Source: a virus. From it: a DNA stretch of 64,000 nt. The stretch's first letter is position 1. Every line of letters begins with the position of its first letter. The stretch is taken from positions 1 to 64,000 of the IMG/VR virus record IMGVR_UViG_3300023184_000093. One strand, given 5' to 3'. Position numbers and translations under genes: made by a program. The notes beneath the pieces were generated by a model. The model was not told the DNA's origin. It ran no database searches and saw nothing but the letters and a program-made list of their open reading frames with translations. Positions 21,216 through 36,200 of the stretch are shown in pieces.

Positions 21216-24200
21216 ATGCCATATGATTTAGGGGTAATTAAAAGACAACGTAGAGAACCACCTGTTATTTCCACCAGTACCTATGGTGGAAATTTTGTGG
21301 GATTTTATTCTACAGGTATAGGTGATAATATTAATTATTATGCTGTCCATGTATTCACCTCATCGGGGCAATTCACCAAACCTAGTTATGTAACTACTAC
21401 CACTGCACAGGTATTGGTAGTTGCTGGTGGCGGCGGGGGTGGTCTTGCAGGTGGTATTAGTACTAGTCCCGGCGGTGGTGGCGGGGCTGGGGGTGTCATA
21501 AATTCTTCGACATATTCTATCACTGCCACATTAACTATATTAATTGGCGCCGGTGGGCCAGCGGCAGGAGGAGACGTCGACCCGGCAATAGGCACAGGAA
21601 GTGCTAGTACTGTAACTAATGGTGTTACCATACTTGTAGCATCAGGCGGCGGTCGCGGTGGCTATAATTATAGCACTGGAATAGATCCTCAGGCATCAGG
21701 TGGTGCAGGCGGTTCAGGAGGCGGCGGCTCCTATGCTGGATTTGGGCTCGGCGGAGCCAGCACCAGCACACAAGGTAATATTGGTGGTACTGGTAATGCA
21801 GGTTATACCGGTTCACCTCTTTATGCAGGTGGTGGAGGTGGGGCTGGTGCAGTTGGTGGTTCTGCAAATGCCAGTGCTTCGGGTCAAGGTGGATCAGGTA
21901 CGATTACCCTTATTACAGGATCTCCAATTTGGCTAGCAGGTGGAGGTGGCGGTGGTGCCAACGCAACTGGATACAACAACGGTAGTTATGGCGGTGGAGG
22001 CCCCGGTGGTACTACATCGGCGGTTGCTGGAGTAGCAGGAACAACTAACTCAGGTGGTGGTGGTGGTGGTGGCGGTGGTACTACCGGTGCTGGCGGATCA
22101 GGTGGTAGTGGTATTGTTATCATAAGCTATGCCATCCCTGCAAACTTATATCCAATAAATCAATCTGATCCATACTTTGGCAACAATTCCTTATTGTTAA
22201 ATTCTTTAGCTTTATTACCAGCAGCAAGTTTGAATAAAATTTCTAGCATAATTTCAGACCTTAGTTTAAATCAATATGCTGTGACTAATAATGGTTCACT
22301 AACTGGCAAATTAAATCCATTTGCCCCGGGGCCATATCATAGCCTTTATTTCAATGGCAATAATTTTATAAGTATAGCAACAATAAATGCAATGCCTGCA
22401 ACTACTACAGATTTTACCGTAGAGTTTTGGATGTATACAGTATCATCTGATAACATTACTAATCATTGGTTAATTGGAACAATTGTAACTAATGGATTTT
22501 ATGTTTTTCATCGCAATAATTATATTAATATTGGACAAGTTGGCGTAATTACATATACATCGCCAGCTGTATTTTCATTAAATCAGTGGACACATGTTGC
22601 TATTGTTAGAGCTAGTAATATTTTTTATATATATCAAAATGGAACTTCTGTTTTTACACAATCATGGAATCCAACATTAGTAGCTGGTGGAGTTTATATC
22701 GGTGGTGCTTCTAGTCAAAATGCATTCCATACAGGATATCTTTCAAATGTTAGAGTTGTATCATCTGTGGTGTATACAGGTAATTTTGCAATACCCACTG
22801 AACCATTGAGCACTGTACAAAATGCATCATCAAACAATATATCAGTAATTACAGCAGGTACTACGTTATTAACAGGTAGATTTGCCACAACTTCAACAAG
22901 TATAGTTGATTACAGTACTCTTACAAATTCCATGGTTAATTTTGGAGTCACTCCCAGTAGCTTAAATCCATTTAATAATTTAAATTCTTATAGTGTTAGT
23001 TTTAATAATAGTTCTTTAAGTGCAACAAAAACAAATGGTTGGGTATCAGGTAATTACACTGTAGAAGCATGGGTATATTTAAACACAGTTACTAATGCAT
23101 CGAATAGTATGTTGATAGCCGGAACATATGGTTATGGAAACATAATACCTTACATGTTCGGTTGGGAATTAACAATCAACAATTATTTAATAACACTTAA
23201 CTTTCAATCTGATACCACTGGTTATAACCCTATTAAAATAAAAACATTAGCCACCACTGCAATAAACACTGGTGGACAACTTCTTACAGATATTAGTTTA
23301 TATAATGCTCCTCTAAACATATCTTCCAACCTTTCTCAATCCCTAGAAAGTTGGATATTTCCAACAAATCCATTTAATAATAGATATGGTAGTTTTGCAA
23401 ATATGGCGATGTACAATTCTCTATATAACTTTAACTATGGCCCCGTTTCTCGTCCTAGAATGGACACCATACCGAGTTTCGATGGAGCCACCCGGACTTT
23501 TACACTCGAAGCATGGATATTTATGGACCCAAATTTGCCAGTTTTCAACCTTGCTGGACCTATTATTCAAGGTGTTGATTGGGCATTTGGTATTGGCAAC
23601 AACGGTACTGCATGTAAGTTACAATTTGTGTATAGAAGGTGGAACTCATCAAGTGCCACTAGAGACTTCTATCCATATCTTGAAGGTCCTAATAATAAGA
23701 GCATGACCAGCACAGCATCTGTACCAATAGGACAATGGGTACATGTAGCGTTTGTGAAGAATGTAAATCCTATCTACCCTAGTTTTTATATAAATGGAGT
23801 TCAAGAAATTAGTAACACCGGGTTCTATTATACCGGCGGCGACTATATGAACCCAGACAACACTTATGCTCAAGTTGGTGGTGTCGGGCTTCTTTCTTAT
23901 GTTACAACCGGTAATATTGGTACTACTGGATATTTGGATATGAATGCAAAATTGTTCGCTTTTATATCCAATGTTAGGTTAGTTCAAGGAGTAGCAGTAT
24001 ATACTGGTAATTTTACCGTACCTACTGATAATTTAACCATTACACAATCTAGCGGGACAAACATATCTGCTATTGTTTCTAACACTGCTACAACTCTTTT
24101 AACAGCAGTTACCACAGCCTCTATAACACAACAAGTATTTTCAACAAGCACTTGGTATCATGTTGCATTTACAAAATCATCAAATATTGTCTCACTATAT

Positions 24201-27200
24201 GTTAATGGCGTTGGTTATGCATCATTAACATTACCTGATTCTAATTTTCAAGAAAAAAACATATTACAAATTGGAAAATCATATTCCCCAAACAATATCT
24301 TCCTGGGCACCTTTTATGGAACTCCGTTATATGGGAATATCAGCAACTTTAGAATCGTTAATGGTACTGTGGTATATCCTGGAAACTTTACTGTACCTAA
24401 TGGACCATTACAATTAACACAGGTTGCCAACGCATATGGTGGAACCAATACCGCTGCCATTTCTAATGCAACCTCTGTTACTTTCTTAACAGCAAAATAT
24501 TATTCTTATGTGGGGCTACTTCTTGGATTTAATGACGCTGGATCAAATAATCTAGTTGTTACACCAACCGGTAATCCAGGACAAGGAACATTCAGTCCAT
24601 TTGGTAACAATTGGAGTATGTTGTTTAATGGTACCACTGATCATTTAAGCATACCTATTGCAAATTCATCTAATTCTGGTACATCATTTGCATTGGCGTT
24701 TAATAATAATAATTGGACTATAGAAACTTGGGCATATCTTACTGCAAATGCAGGTACTGCATATATTGCCGGTCAATATAATACCAGTAATTATTCTCCT
24801 TTGGGATTATATATTACTGGAAATAAACCCGCAGTTGGAGTATCAAATGCAGGTACATTATGGAATATTAACCCCACATCACCTAATGTATTATCAACAG
24901 GTACATGGAATCATATTGCCGCAGTACGTAATGGTGGTAGATATAGTCTTTATGTTAATGGAATAGAGCAAATATTTGCTGTTAGTTCAGTTCCCACAGT
25001 TGACAATAGTGTCAATGCTGGAGTATTAGTTGCAACTAATACAATTAATTCTGCACTAAATCCATTTGATCAAAGTATATATAATAGTTTATATTTTGAT
25101 GGTGGAAGTTATTTAAATTTATCAGCTAATGCAGGATACAACTTTGGTACTGGTGATTTTACCATAGAATGTTGGATATATCCATTAGCATATGTCGTTG
25201 GATCGGCAACTGCTTCGGAAATTATTGACCTTTGGTCAAATGCAAGCGGCAGTTTTATAGTTGGACAATGGCAGATACAAATTAGTGCCGCTGGTTTAAT
25301 TCAATTCCCATACGCTACTGGTGCTGCTGGTGCTGCAACGCTTACATCAATTGCAATCATAACATTAAACGCTTGGTCACATGTTGCTGTAGTTCGTTCA
25401 GGATCGGCTGTAGGCAATCTTAAAATATATTTAAATGGAGCTGTTGTTGCAACTAGTGCCGGAGCAGTGATACAAAATATAGGTAGTACCGGGGCAGGTT
25501 CAATTGGTAAACAAACCAATGTTGCAAGTATTCCTTATTGTTATAATGGTTACATATCAAATGTACGTATAGTTAAAGGACAGGCATTATATACTGCTTC
25601 ATTTGTGCCACCTGCCTCCTCAATAGGTGTTGTACAAGTCGGTGTAGCTGGTGGTGGACTGGCAACTTCTACTTCTACAAATACCACACAACTATTAGTT
25701 GGTAAATTTATCGATCAACGATATTTCTTTGATGATTATAGTTTAAACAATTTTACACTGACAAATAATGGAGGAGTTAGTGCTGCTACTTTATATCCAC
25801 CTATTAACTCAACTAGTACATTTAATAGTATGTACTTTAATGGTACAACACAATATCTAACAATCCCCAATGCTACGGCGATCACACTTAACACTGGTGA
25901 TTTTACTATAGAGGCATGGGTATATACTACAGTATTAAACGGACAAAATGGTATATTTGGTAAAAGAGAATTACTGCAATACTATGGTGTAATATTCCGT
26001 GTTCTTAATAGTACAAATAAACTGGTCATGCAAATTGCATCTGATACAGGTAATACATGGGCAATTGATGCTAATCTTGATTTTGGATTACCTGCATTAA
26101 CAATAAACACATGGTATCATGTGGCATTAGTAAGAAATGGTAGTTCTTTTAGAATATATCAAAATGGTGTAGGTGGAACAATCTATACCTATGCCGGCCT
26201 TATCGCACACAATACTGCACCTGGATATATTGGTAAATCAGACGGATCAGGTGGAGGACAATTTTGGAATGGATATATTTCTAACTTTAGAATTGTAAAA
26301 GGTGTTGCAGTATATACAAATAATTTCACAGTACCCACAGGACCATTAAACAATGCACAAGTTGCTAATCCATACGGAGGATTTAATACACAGGGCATCA
26401 ATAATAACGGCACAAGTATATTAATAGCAAAATCATCTTCCTTGATCAATGAAGGCAATGTTGCTGTAGACTATAGTATTGTTCCTAATTATATGACCAG
26501 TGCAGTCAGGCCTACAGTTAATAATTTCTTTCCACCTATTGGTTCAACTAGTACATATTATAATAGTTTATTTTTTGATGGTACTCAAAGTCTTACTCTG
26601 ACAGCACCACAAACTTCACTTTCGTTTGGTACCACTGGCGAATTTACCATAGAAATGTGGGTATATCCTACAGCTCTTGCACTCGATGGCATCGCAGCAG
26701 GTTTAATAGATGCAAGGGCAGGCCAAAGCGGGTCACCTTGGGCTCTTGATTTAACATTGTCTGGTGGTAATATGTACCTTCATATGACAGTGAACACTGG
26801 TGGTGGCCCTACGGGTGTTACTCCAATACCACTAAACAATTGGACACATATAGTTTTTACAAAACAAAACGGTGCAATAAAATATTATGTCAATGGTGCC
26901 TTAGATATTTCTAGTACTTCTAATGCTAATACATCTCCGTTAGATGCAGGAAGTGCTACTCAAGTAATAGGAAGAAATAACGAAAGTGGACGTTTTTTCA
27001 AAGGTTATATTTCTAACTTAAGAATAGTAAAAGGTCTAGCAGTTTATACAGGGCCATTTACTATACCTACTCGACCATTAACAATTACACAAACCGCCAA
27101 CCCCTACGGTGGTAGTAATGTACAGGCAATATCCACTGGTACCTACACATCGTTATTAACCATATTACCTGTTAACGTTAGTAATATAGTTGATTATAGT

Positions 27201-30200
27201 ACTAACACATCCGTGATAACCATAGGGTCAGGTACAGTTAGTTTAAGTACATTGGATCCATTCATTGCAAGTACTTATAATTTACATAGCGTTTATTTTA
27301 ATGGTAATAGTTCATTGTCTCTTACTTCTTCAAGGCTAGCACTAGGCAGTTTGTTGTTCAACGGTACCAGTCAGACTCTTACCTTTTCGGCACAAACTGC
27401 ACTTTCGTTTGGCACTGGAGATTTAACCATAGAAATGTGGGTTTATCCTACCTCGCTTGCACCTGATGGTATATATGCAGGGTTAATAGATGCAAGATCA
27501 GGATCTGGAAACACGTCGTGGAATGTTGGCTTATTTGTATCTGCAGGTAATATGTATGCTTACATGCAAATAATAGGAGCCACAGGAAATCCATCGGGTA
27601 CTACTATAATTCCATTAAATGCTTGGACACATATAGCCTGGACAAGACAAAGTTCTACATTTAAAATTTTTGTTAATGGTGTTGTTGATTATACTGCTAG
27701 TGAGACTCGTGCAATTGATGCCGGAGGTACTAGTCAAACAATAGGAAGACATAATGAAGCAGGTCGTTATTATCGTGGTTATATTTCTACCTTGAGAATT
27801 GTTAAAGGTACCGCAGTTTATACATCATCCTTTAATCCATTATTACAAGTAATTGGTAATATTGTTAACACATCATTGCTATTATTAGTTACTAGCGATG
27901 CCAATAAAATAATAGATTCAAGCAGCACTCCGGTTACATTAACTAATAATGGTGCTGTTTCTTTTAGTTCCGTGACGGTTCCGCCAGCCCCGCAATATTG
28001 GTTATATAGTGATCACACAGTAGAGTCATGGGTATATTTAAACTCGTCTACAATTACAACTAATAATATAACAAGTAATATGTTAATAGCCGGAACATAT
28101 GATGGTGCGACTACTACCGGCTGGGAATGGACAATCAATCCTTATGTGATGACACTTAATTATAGAAATTCTGGAGTAGTAATATCTTTTGGTACAAGTC
28201 AATTACCTATTCTTAGCCAGGTTATTGCAGACAGAGGTGGAATTGGTCTAAGTCCAACAAACACAGCGGTAACATTAAGTCCTGCAAGTCCTCTTTCTGA
28301 TGGTTATGGAAGTTTATATTTTAACGGTACAAATGCCCAAATAACAAACCCAAAAAATAGTGGATTCGATTATGGATCAGGAAGTTTTACTATTGAATCT
28401 TGGGTATACTATCTTGGCACAGTCGCCTCAACTACTATTATAGGTCATCAGGCTGGCCCAACTCCGGGAAGATCCTGGATGTTTACTATGCTAATTGCCG
28501 GCCACTTATATTTTGATTGGTCCTCAAATGGTAGTTATGGCACGCCCGGGTCTTTTGTTAGTTCTTCAACCGCTCCACTAAATCAATGGAATCATGTGGC
28601 ATTTGTGAGAAATGGTACAATTTACACATTTTATATAAATGGTGTTGCTGCTGGCTCGGGTTCCATGACTGCTGGGATAGCGTTTCCAAATTCAGGGTCA
28701 TTGGCCATTGGTTATACTGCAAATGAAACCACAAGCGGACAATCATTTTTTAAAGGGTATATATCTAACCTACGTGTAGTTAAAGGACTGGCAGTATATA
28801 CTGGTAATTTTACACCCACTGGGCGATTAACTTCTACACAAGTTGCCGGTACAAATATACAAGCAATATTAACTGCAAGTTATACCAGCATTTTATTGGC
28901 GGCAAATCCAGCAGTTTCTTCTCAAACATTTGCACTAAACACATGGCATCATGTAGTATTCACAAGACAAGGCACTACCTCTACAATGTATATTAATGGT
29001 GTTCAAACAACATCAACTGTGATCAGTGGATATACCGATCAATATACTCTCCGCCTTGGATACATAGGATTTACTAGCCCTACATCATCCTACCTAACAG
29101 GATATCTTAGTAACTTTAGAATAGTCAATGGTGTAGCGGTGTATACAGGAACAAACTTTCTTCCACCCACTGGTGTATTAACTTTACAACAACCAGCTAA
29201 CCCGTTTGGTGGAACAAATACTAATGCTATTACAGATACTAATAATATTAGAATTTCAACATTGGCATTTAGTGGTGTTACCATAACACCATATAATACC
29301 AATTCAAATATGTTGATAGGTAGAGCAGGATCTGGTATAACCAGCGTGTTTCCTGGATATCTATCTAATTTTAGAATAGTCAATGGTACCGCAGTGTATA
29401 CTGGTAATTTTACTGCACCTAGAGCACCATTATCATTACTTAAGAATACTAGTTTGTTAATTGCCGCTAGTAGCTGGTATGTAGATAAAAGTCCATATAA
29501 TTTTCAAATCAGCACTGGAACGGTGAGTAGTGTGCCTGCTATAACAAAATTCACACCTTACAAAATACCCGGTGAATATAATAGATCTATAGTTGGTGGT
29601 AGTATATATTTTAATACAACAACAGCAGCTGGACAGAATTTAAGTCTTGGTTCGCCTAGCTCATTGGCATTAGGTAGCGGAAATTATACAGTAGAATGTT
29701 GGATATATATTAATGCATATAATACATTAAACAGTGTTATTATAGATTGGCGTACTAATGCGGGCACCACTGCCGGTGTACCTGTATTATATCTATTAGC
29801 CAATGGAACTATACAATGGCAAAATACTGGCGGCACAGGTCTTTTAACTTCAGCTGTAACTTCACCTATCTCTGATCGTATAATATTGAATACATGGAAT
29901 CATATTGCCATGGTTAGATATAATTCAATGTTGTATATGTATATCAATGGTGTGGTTGTAGCCAATGTAGCAGATTCTACAGCATTAACAATTCAAACAC
30001 TTTTCATTAATAGTCCCATTACAGCCAGCAATCAAACATTGTTTGGTTATGTATCTAATGTTAGAATACTAGCAGGAACAGCTTTGTATGTACCAAGTAT
30101 AGTTGTTCCAACTACAACTTTAACAGTTCTTCCTGACACGGCGTTATTGGCATTAAAAACCAATGCAACTTTAATTAAAGATAATTCACAGAATAATTTT

Positions 30201-33200
30201 TTTATAGCAGACTCAACTAGTACAACAATTCAAAGAGTATTCACACCGTTTGGTGGTAGTGGTAGTGCATTTTTTGGTAATAGAAATACATTCTTAACTA
30301 TTAGTAGTAGTACAAATTCAGCGTTTGCATTGGGCACCAACGATTTTACTTTAGAAGCCTGGGTATATCAAACGGAACGTAATATATATTTTGGATCATT
30401 AATTGTTGGAGCACTTACCTATAATGTATCTCTTCTTTCTTCAGATTGGCATTGGATAATTGATCCTAGTGGATATCTAAATTTTCAGTCAGGGTATCCT
30501 GCAGTTTATAGTGCAACATCAAATGTTAAAGTTCCATTAAATGTGTGGACACATGTTTCGTTTGTAAGAAATTTTGGATCACCTTCTTTCTATATAAATG
30601 GAAAGAGTGCAGGTGGTTCTCTTTCAAATTCTACTAGAAATTCAGCAGCCGGTAGTTTATGGTGGGATAATGACGTTGATCTTTATAAAAATACGTCTGT
30701 ATATATTAGTACCTCAACCGTTTCAATGTATGATAATTATACCTCCGATGAATGGAGTTTCTTACATAACGGCCAGCAAGATTATACAATTGATCTTTGG
30801 GTTTATTCTAGTTCGTTGTGGGGTGGGTATGCATGGGACGACCCTCTCATCAACCCCTCGTCAACTTCTATTATCAATACTGGGCACTTATCAACGCCAA
30901 TAGGCTTATACATTACTGATTTTGGTGCAGTTAATTTAGCAACTAATTTTGCTCCTTATTATATGTTTACCGTACCTCCTGGACAAGCCCCAAATGATTT
31001 AGCCGGTACTTGGGGCACTAAAATAAGTGGATCACTTTGGTATGGAATTTCTAATGCCACTGAATATATTGGTGTTTACGCAGGTGCTGGATCTATTCAA
31101 CCAAATATATGGAATCATATAGCAGTAACATTTAAATCTAGCACCAAAGAAATAAAACTTTTTATAAATGGAAAAAATCAATCTGTAACTGTACATAGAA
31201 TGTTAACCAATGGAGCGACCGCTAGTGGAAGTTTTTCATATCCTACTGGTCCTTCGAAGTATACTTTAGGAGTAGGCGGCGCACCCTTCTCTGGATATAT
31301 GACAAATATACGTATAACTAAATCCATTGTATACACCACTGACTATACTATAGTAATACCTACACCTAATATTACTAATGCCATAACATTATTATTAGTT
31401 AATAGTAATGCCAATAAATTTTTAGATTCTAGTGATGGTAATAGGCCACTGCGTTTTGATACTACTGCCAACCCTATTATCTACAGCCCTACATTTAGTA
31501 ACAATGTACCATCTATTGTAGTTAATGCGGTAGGATCTACTTTAAGTTTGAATTTTAATGGCAGTTCATATCTAACAGTTCCTTCTAATCCAATATTTGC
31601 ATTTGGTACTGGAGATTTCACTGTTGAATGTTGGTGGTATCAAAGCGTGGCCAATACAGATCGAGGGTTTTTAAGCAGCATAGCAGCTACAACTGGCACA
31701 CCTGCCGTCGGTATACAATTAGCAGGCAACGGTGCATTTACTGGTTTGAATACAGGTGGATCATTTGACACATTCTCATGGACACTACCACTAAGTCAAT
31801 GGAATCATGTAGCCTTTGTTAGAATTAATGGAATAGCATATGCTTATGTAAATGGTGTGCTCGCATCATCTGGTCCTACTACCCTAGGTAATAATTTAGT
31901 TGGTTCTGGATTTGTTATAGGATGCTCATATACTAATAATTTTAGTTTTCTAGCAGTTGGTTATATTTCTAATGTGCGAGTAGTTAAAGGTCTAGGAGTA
32001 TATAACAATAACTTTATTAAACCAACTTCAACATTAACTAATATCACAAATACTGTATTATTATTAAATGTGAACTCATCCGGTAATTATCTAAAAGATG
32101 ATAGCACTACTAATTTTTCTCCTATTACAATTACAGGAAATGTAACTTATAATGCCAGCACACCGTTTAGTTCTGGTGGCAGTTTAGCTTTTGATCAGGG
32201 TGGAGCAGCATCACGCTTGACTTTACCTAGTTCCACAGCATTTAATTTAACTGGTAATTTTACATTAGAAGCATGGATATACCCTACATATTTACTATCA
32301 GGTGGCAATGGAATATTTGATGCCAGAGTTACTGGTGCATCTGCTCTACCGTGGGCTTGGTATGTTGACGGTCCTACTAAGGCACTAGCGTTTTTCAATG
32401 GAACATATTATATAGGTACTACTCCTATTACTACAAGTACCTGGACACATATTGCTGCCACAAGATCAGGTAGTAATTTTAGAATGTATGTTAATGGTAT
32501 TTTAGATTATACCGCTAGCATAACTGGTGCAATAAGCCCTGGATCTACAAGTGCAGTAGTTGGTATAAAAGATGATAATCTTATCAACTACAAACCAATT
32601 AATTATATTACTAATTTAAGAATAGTTAATGGTACAGCACTATATACTGGTACTTTTACGGTACCTACTCTCGAATTACAAACTACTCAGCAAGGAACAG
32701 GCACTTATATAAGTGCAATTTTTACCGCAAGTTATGTTTCGTTATTAACAGCACAACACTATGCTATAGCAGATATCAGCGTATTTAATAATTCTATAAC
32801 TAATAATAATGCAGTTAGTGTTTCTAACACAGTGAAACCAGCTCTTACTTTTGATCTAGCAAATGCTAATTTTATTAATACACAAAATATTAATATTGGA
32901 GGGCATGAAAATACTACAGCAACCGCGTTTAGAGGTTACATGAGTAATTTACATGTTGTAAAAGGTCAGGCCAAATATGGTAATGCTTTTAAAACACCTA
33001 CTACTGATTTTACCACACTTACTAATAGTGTATTATTAACAATGTTAAGTACAGATACTAGGTTTGTAGATTACTCAGCCAATGCATTTACTATAACTAA
33101 TACTTCTACATCATTACAAGGATTCTCACCATTTGATGTAAATTATAGTACATATTTTAATGGTACTAGTTATATAAGTATTGGTGACTCATTACCTCTT

Positions 33201-36200
33201 AATCTTTCATCTAGTACAAATTGGACCATAGAAACTTGGGTAAATCCATTAGGAAATTATAGTGTTAACAATAGTATATTATTTGCAAAACGTAATGCTA
33301 GTGCTGGAGCACCTCTTTACAATAGTTTGTATTTTAATGGAACTTCAAATCTAACAGTTACTTCATCAAATTCACCAGGATTTGTTGGTGCTGGTGAAGA
33401 CACTATTGAATGTTGGGTTAATTTTTCATCTTTTACACTTGGCTCTCGCCACGTAATTTTCCAAATTTATAACGGTAATTCAACTTATAACGGAACAAGT
33501 CTAACTTATAGACCCACAGATGGTAATACTGGTACGTTTATTGCTAGTATAGGGAATTCATCAGGGATTAATTCACAGGAGATCTATAGTAATACTGTTA
33601 TTGTAGTTACAAATAAATGGTACCATGTAGCTCTCCAAGCAAATAATCAAGGAGTCTACGCGACCCAAATTGTTCATTCATTGTATCTTAATGGAACTCC
33701 TATTATACTTTATGATTCTTTTGTATCCATCCAGCCCCCCAGTGATTTTTACAATCCGGATAGATCAGCAGATATAGTGCTATCTATAGGAGCAGCATTA
33801 TCAACATATGCAGGGACTGTCAACCTAATAGGTTACATATCAAACTTTAGAATAGTTAACGGTATAGCATTATATAACAGTTTAGTTGATAGGTTAAATG
33901 ACAGTGTTTACCCAATTAAAACAGTAAACAATGTCCCAGAAACTGGACATTTGACATATACAGGTAAGGTTAATATCCCCCTACTACCATTTGGTACCAC
34001 ACAACTTGCTAATCCTTCCGGGGGCATTAATACCCGGGCATTATCAACTTCAAGCTATACTACATTATTAGTAGGTAGATTCACAGGAGGTCTTGATTCT
34101 ATTGTTGACTATAGTGATTATAATTTATCTATAGTTAATAATTCTGTTGTGGTTTCTACACTTGCTAATAATCAAGTTGGAAGTTTATATTTTAATGGCA
34201 GTTCATATTTAACAGCACCAGTTGGAGCAAGTACATTTGGTACAGGTGATTTTACGGTTGAATGTTGGTTCTATAAAACAGCGGCCCTGAATAGCACATT
34301 ATTAAGCAATGTGCCAAGTGGTGTTGATATTAATTATTGGGCATTATCTACCTATGCTGATGGACATTGTCAATTTACAATAAGAGATGCTAGTCAAATA
34401 TTTGTTACTGGTAGTATAATCACTGCAATTAACACATGGGTTCATCTAGCGGTAACAAGAACATCTGGACTTGTTAAATTGTTTGTTAATGGTGTATTAG
34501 ATAATTCAGGGACTATTACTAAAACCGTTACTGCTAGAATAACTGTTATTGGGGCTTTCTTATATACTGGATATTTGTCGTATTTCCAAGGTTATATGTC
34601 TAATGTTAGAATAGTAACCGGTGCCGCAGTGTATACCACTGCATTTATTAAACCATATGCACCATTGAGCAATACACAAACTTCTAATACAAGTGGTCTT
34701 CCAAGTATAGCAATTCCATCTTTAAATTATAGTGCATCATTTGATGGAAGCACACAATATTTGTATGTTCCAACTACTACTGATATGGTGCTTGGTACTG
34801 GAGATTTTACTATAGAACTATGGGTATATTTGAATGCTGCACCGGCGTCTGGCAAAGTGTTTCTAATGTTAGATTTTAGACCTGCTCTTACACCTAGTAC
34901 AGCGGCCGGATATATTAACTTCTACGTTAGCCCAAGTTTACAAATTGGGGCAAATCTTGCTGCATTTTCTTATGGAGGTGGAACTGCATTGGCTCTTAGT
35001 ACCTGGTATCATGTAGCTTTGGTCAGACGAAATAGTAATTCAAATATATATATTAATGGATCGGCTATTGGAGGAGGAATTACTGATACAAATAATTATC
35101 TCGGTGCAACAAATAGACCAGTAATTGGCACAGATAGTAATTCTGTGTTAGCAGCTGGATATTCTTTAAATGGTTACATCTCTAACCTAAGAATAGTAAA
35201 AGGCATTAGTGCATACGCAGGTAACTTTACCAAGCCAACTAGTTCACTAACTCTTAGCCAGGTTCCATCGGGTAATATACTTAGAATTCCTGCAAGTTTG
35301 AATACATTAACTTATAAAATTTTCTCAATCACTGGAAACACTGGAAACAATGCAACAAATGGATATATAAAACTAGGGAATGGTAACATATACTTTAATT
35401 TATATGATATTTGGTCAGCAGAATGTTGGTTCTATTCCCCCACTGGTTCATCATTTGGTCAAATTATGGGAACACGGAGCAGCTTGAATGCTGGATATGC
35501 TGCTTTTCTCTTTGCAGAAGTTAATAATGTATTACAATTTTATTCTTCTTCTAACGCCTCTAGTTGGGATTTGTTTAATACGCCAGTTAATACTGTTGCA
35601 ACCATAACACCAAATACATGGCATCACATAGCGGTTAGTAGAACTACTACTACAATGTATGTTTATTATGATGGAACAGTATCACTTACACGTGACCTTA
35701 CAGGAATTGGATTTTCTGGATCTCAACATAACATTTATATGGGTGCAGGCGATTATTTAAACCAGGGCAGCGATAGTTGGACAGGATATATTGCTGATTT
35801 TAGATTTGTTACTGGTGAAACTCCGTATACTGGTACAAATTTTACTCCTCCTAGTATACCATTAGAAGCTACACAAGAAAAGTCTGGTCAAATTGGACCA
35901 ATTGTATTTACAACCTCAACACGTTTTTTAGTTGGCGGAACACTTCCAACTCCAGGCTACTCGCTTGGTCTAGGAGCACTAACTATTGCTGATCGTAGTT
36001 ATTATCAGAATCCTGAAGTAACACGATGGCCATCCTTTTTTCCAGGTTCTGTTGGTACCTCAGTAGCTGGTATATTAGGTGGAACTACTCCTGGATTCCC
36101 TACACTTACTCCAAATTATACTACTTTATTAACATTGCAATCACCAATTGTTGCAAATACTTCTAATAATAATGTTAGCATTGTTAATATAGGTACTGTT

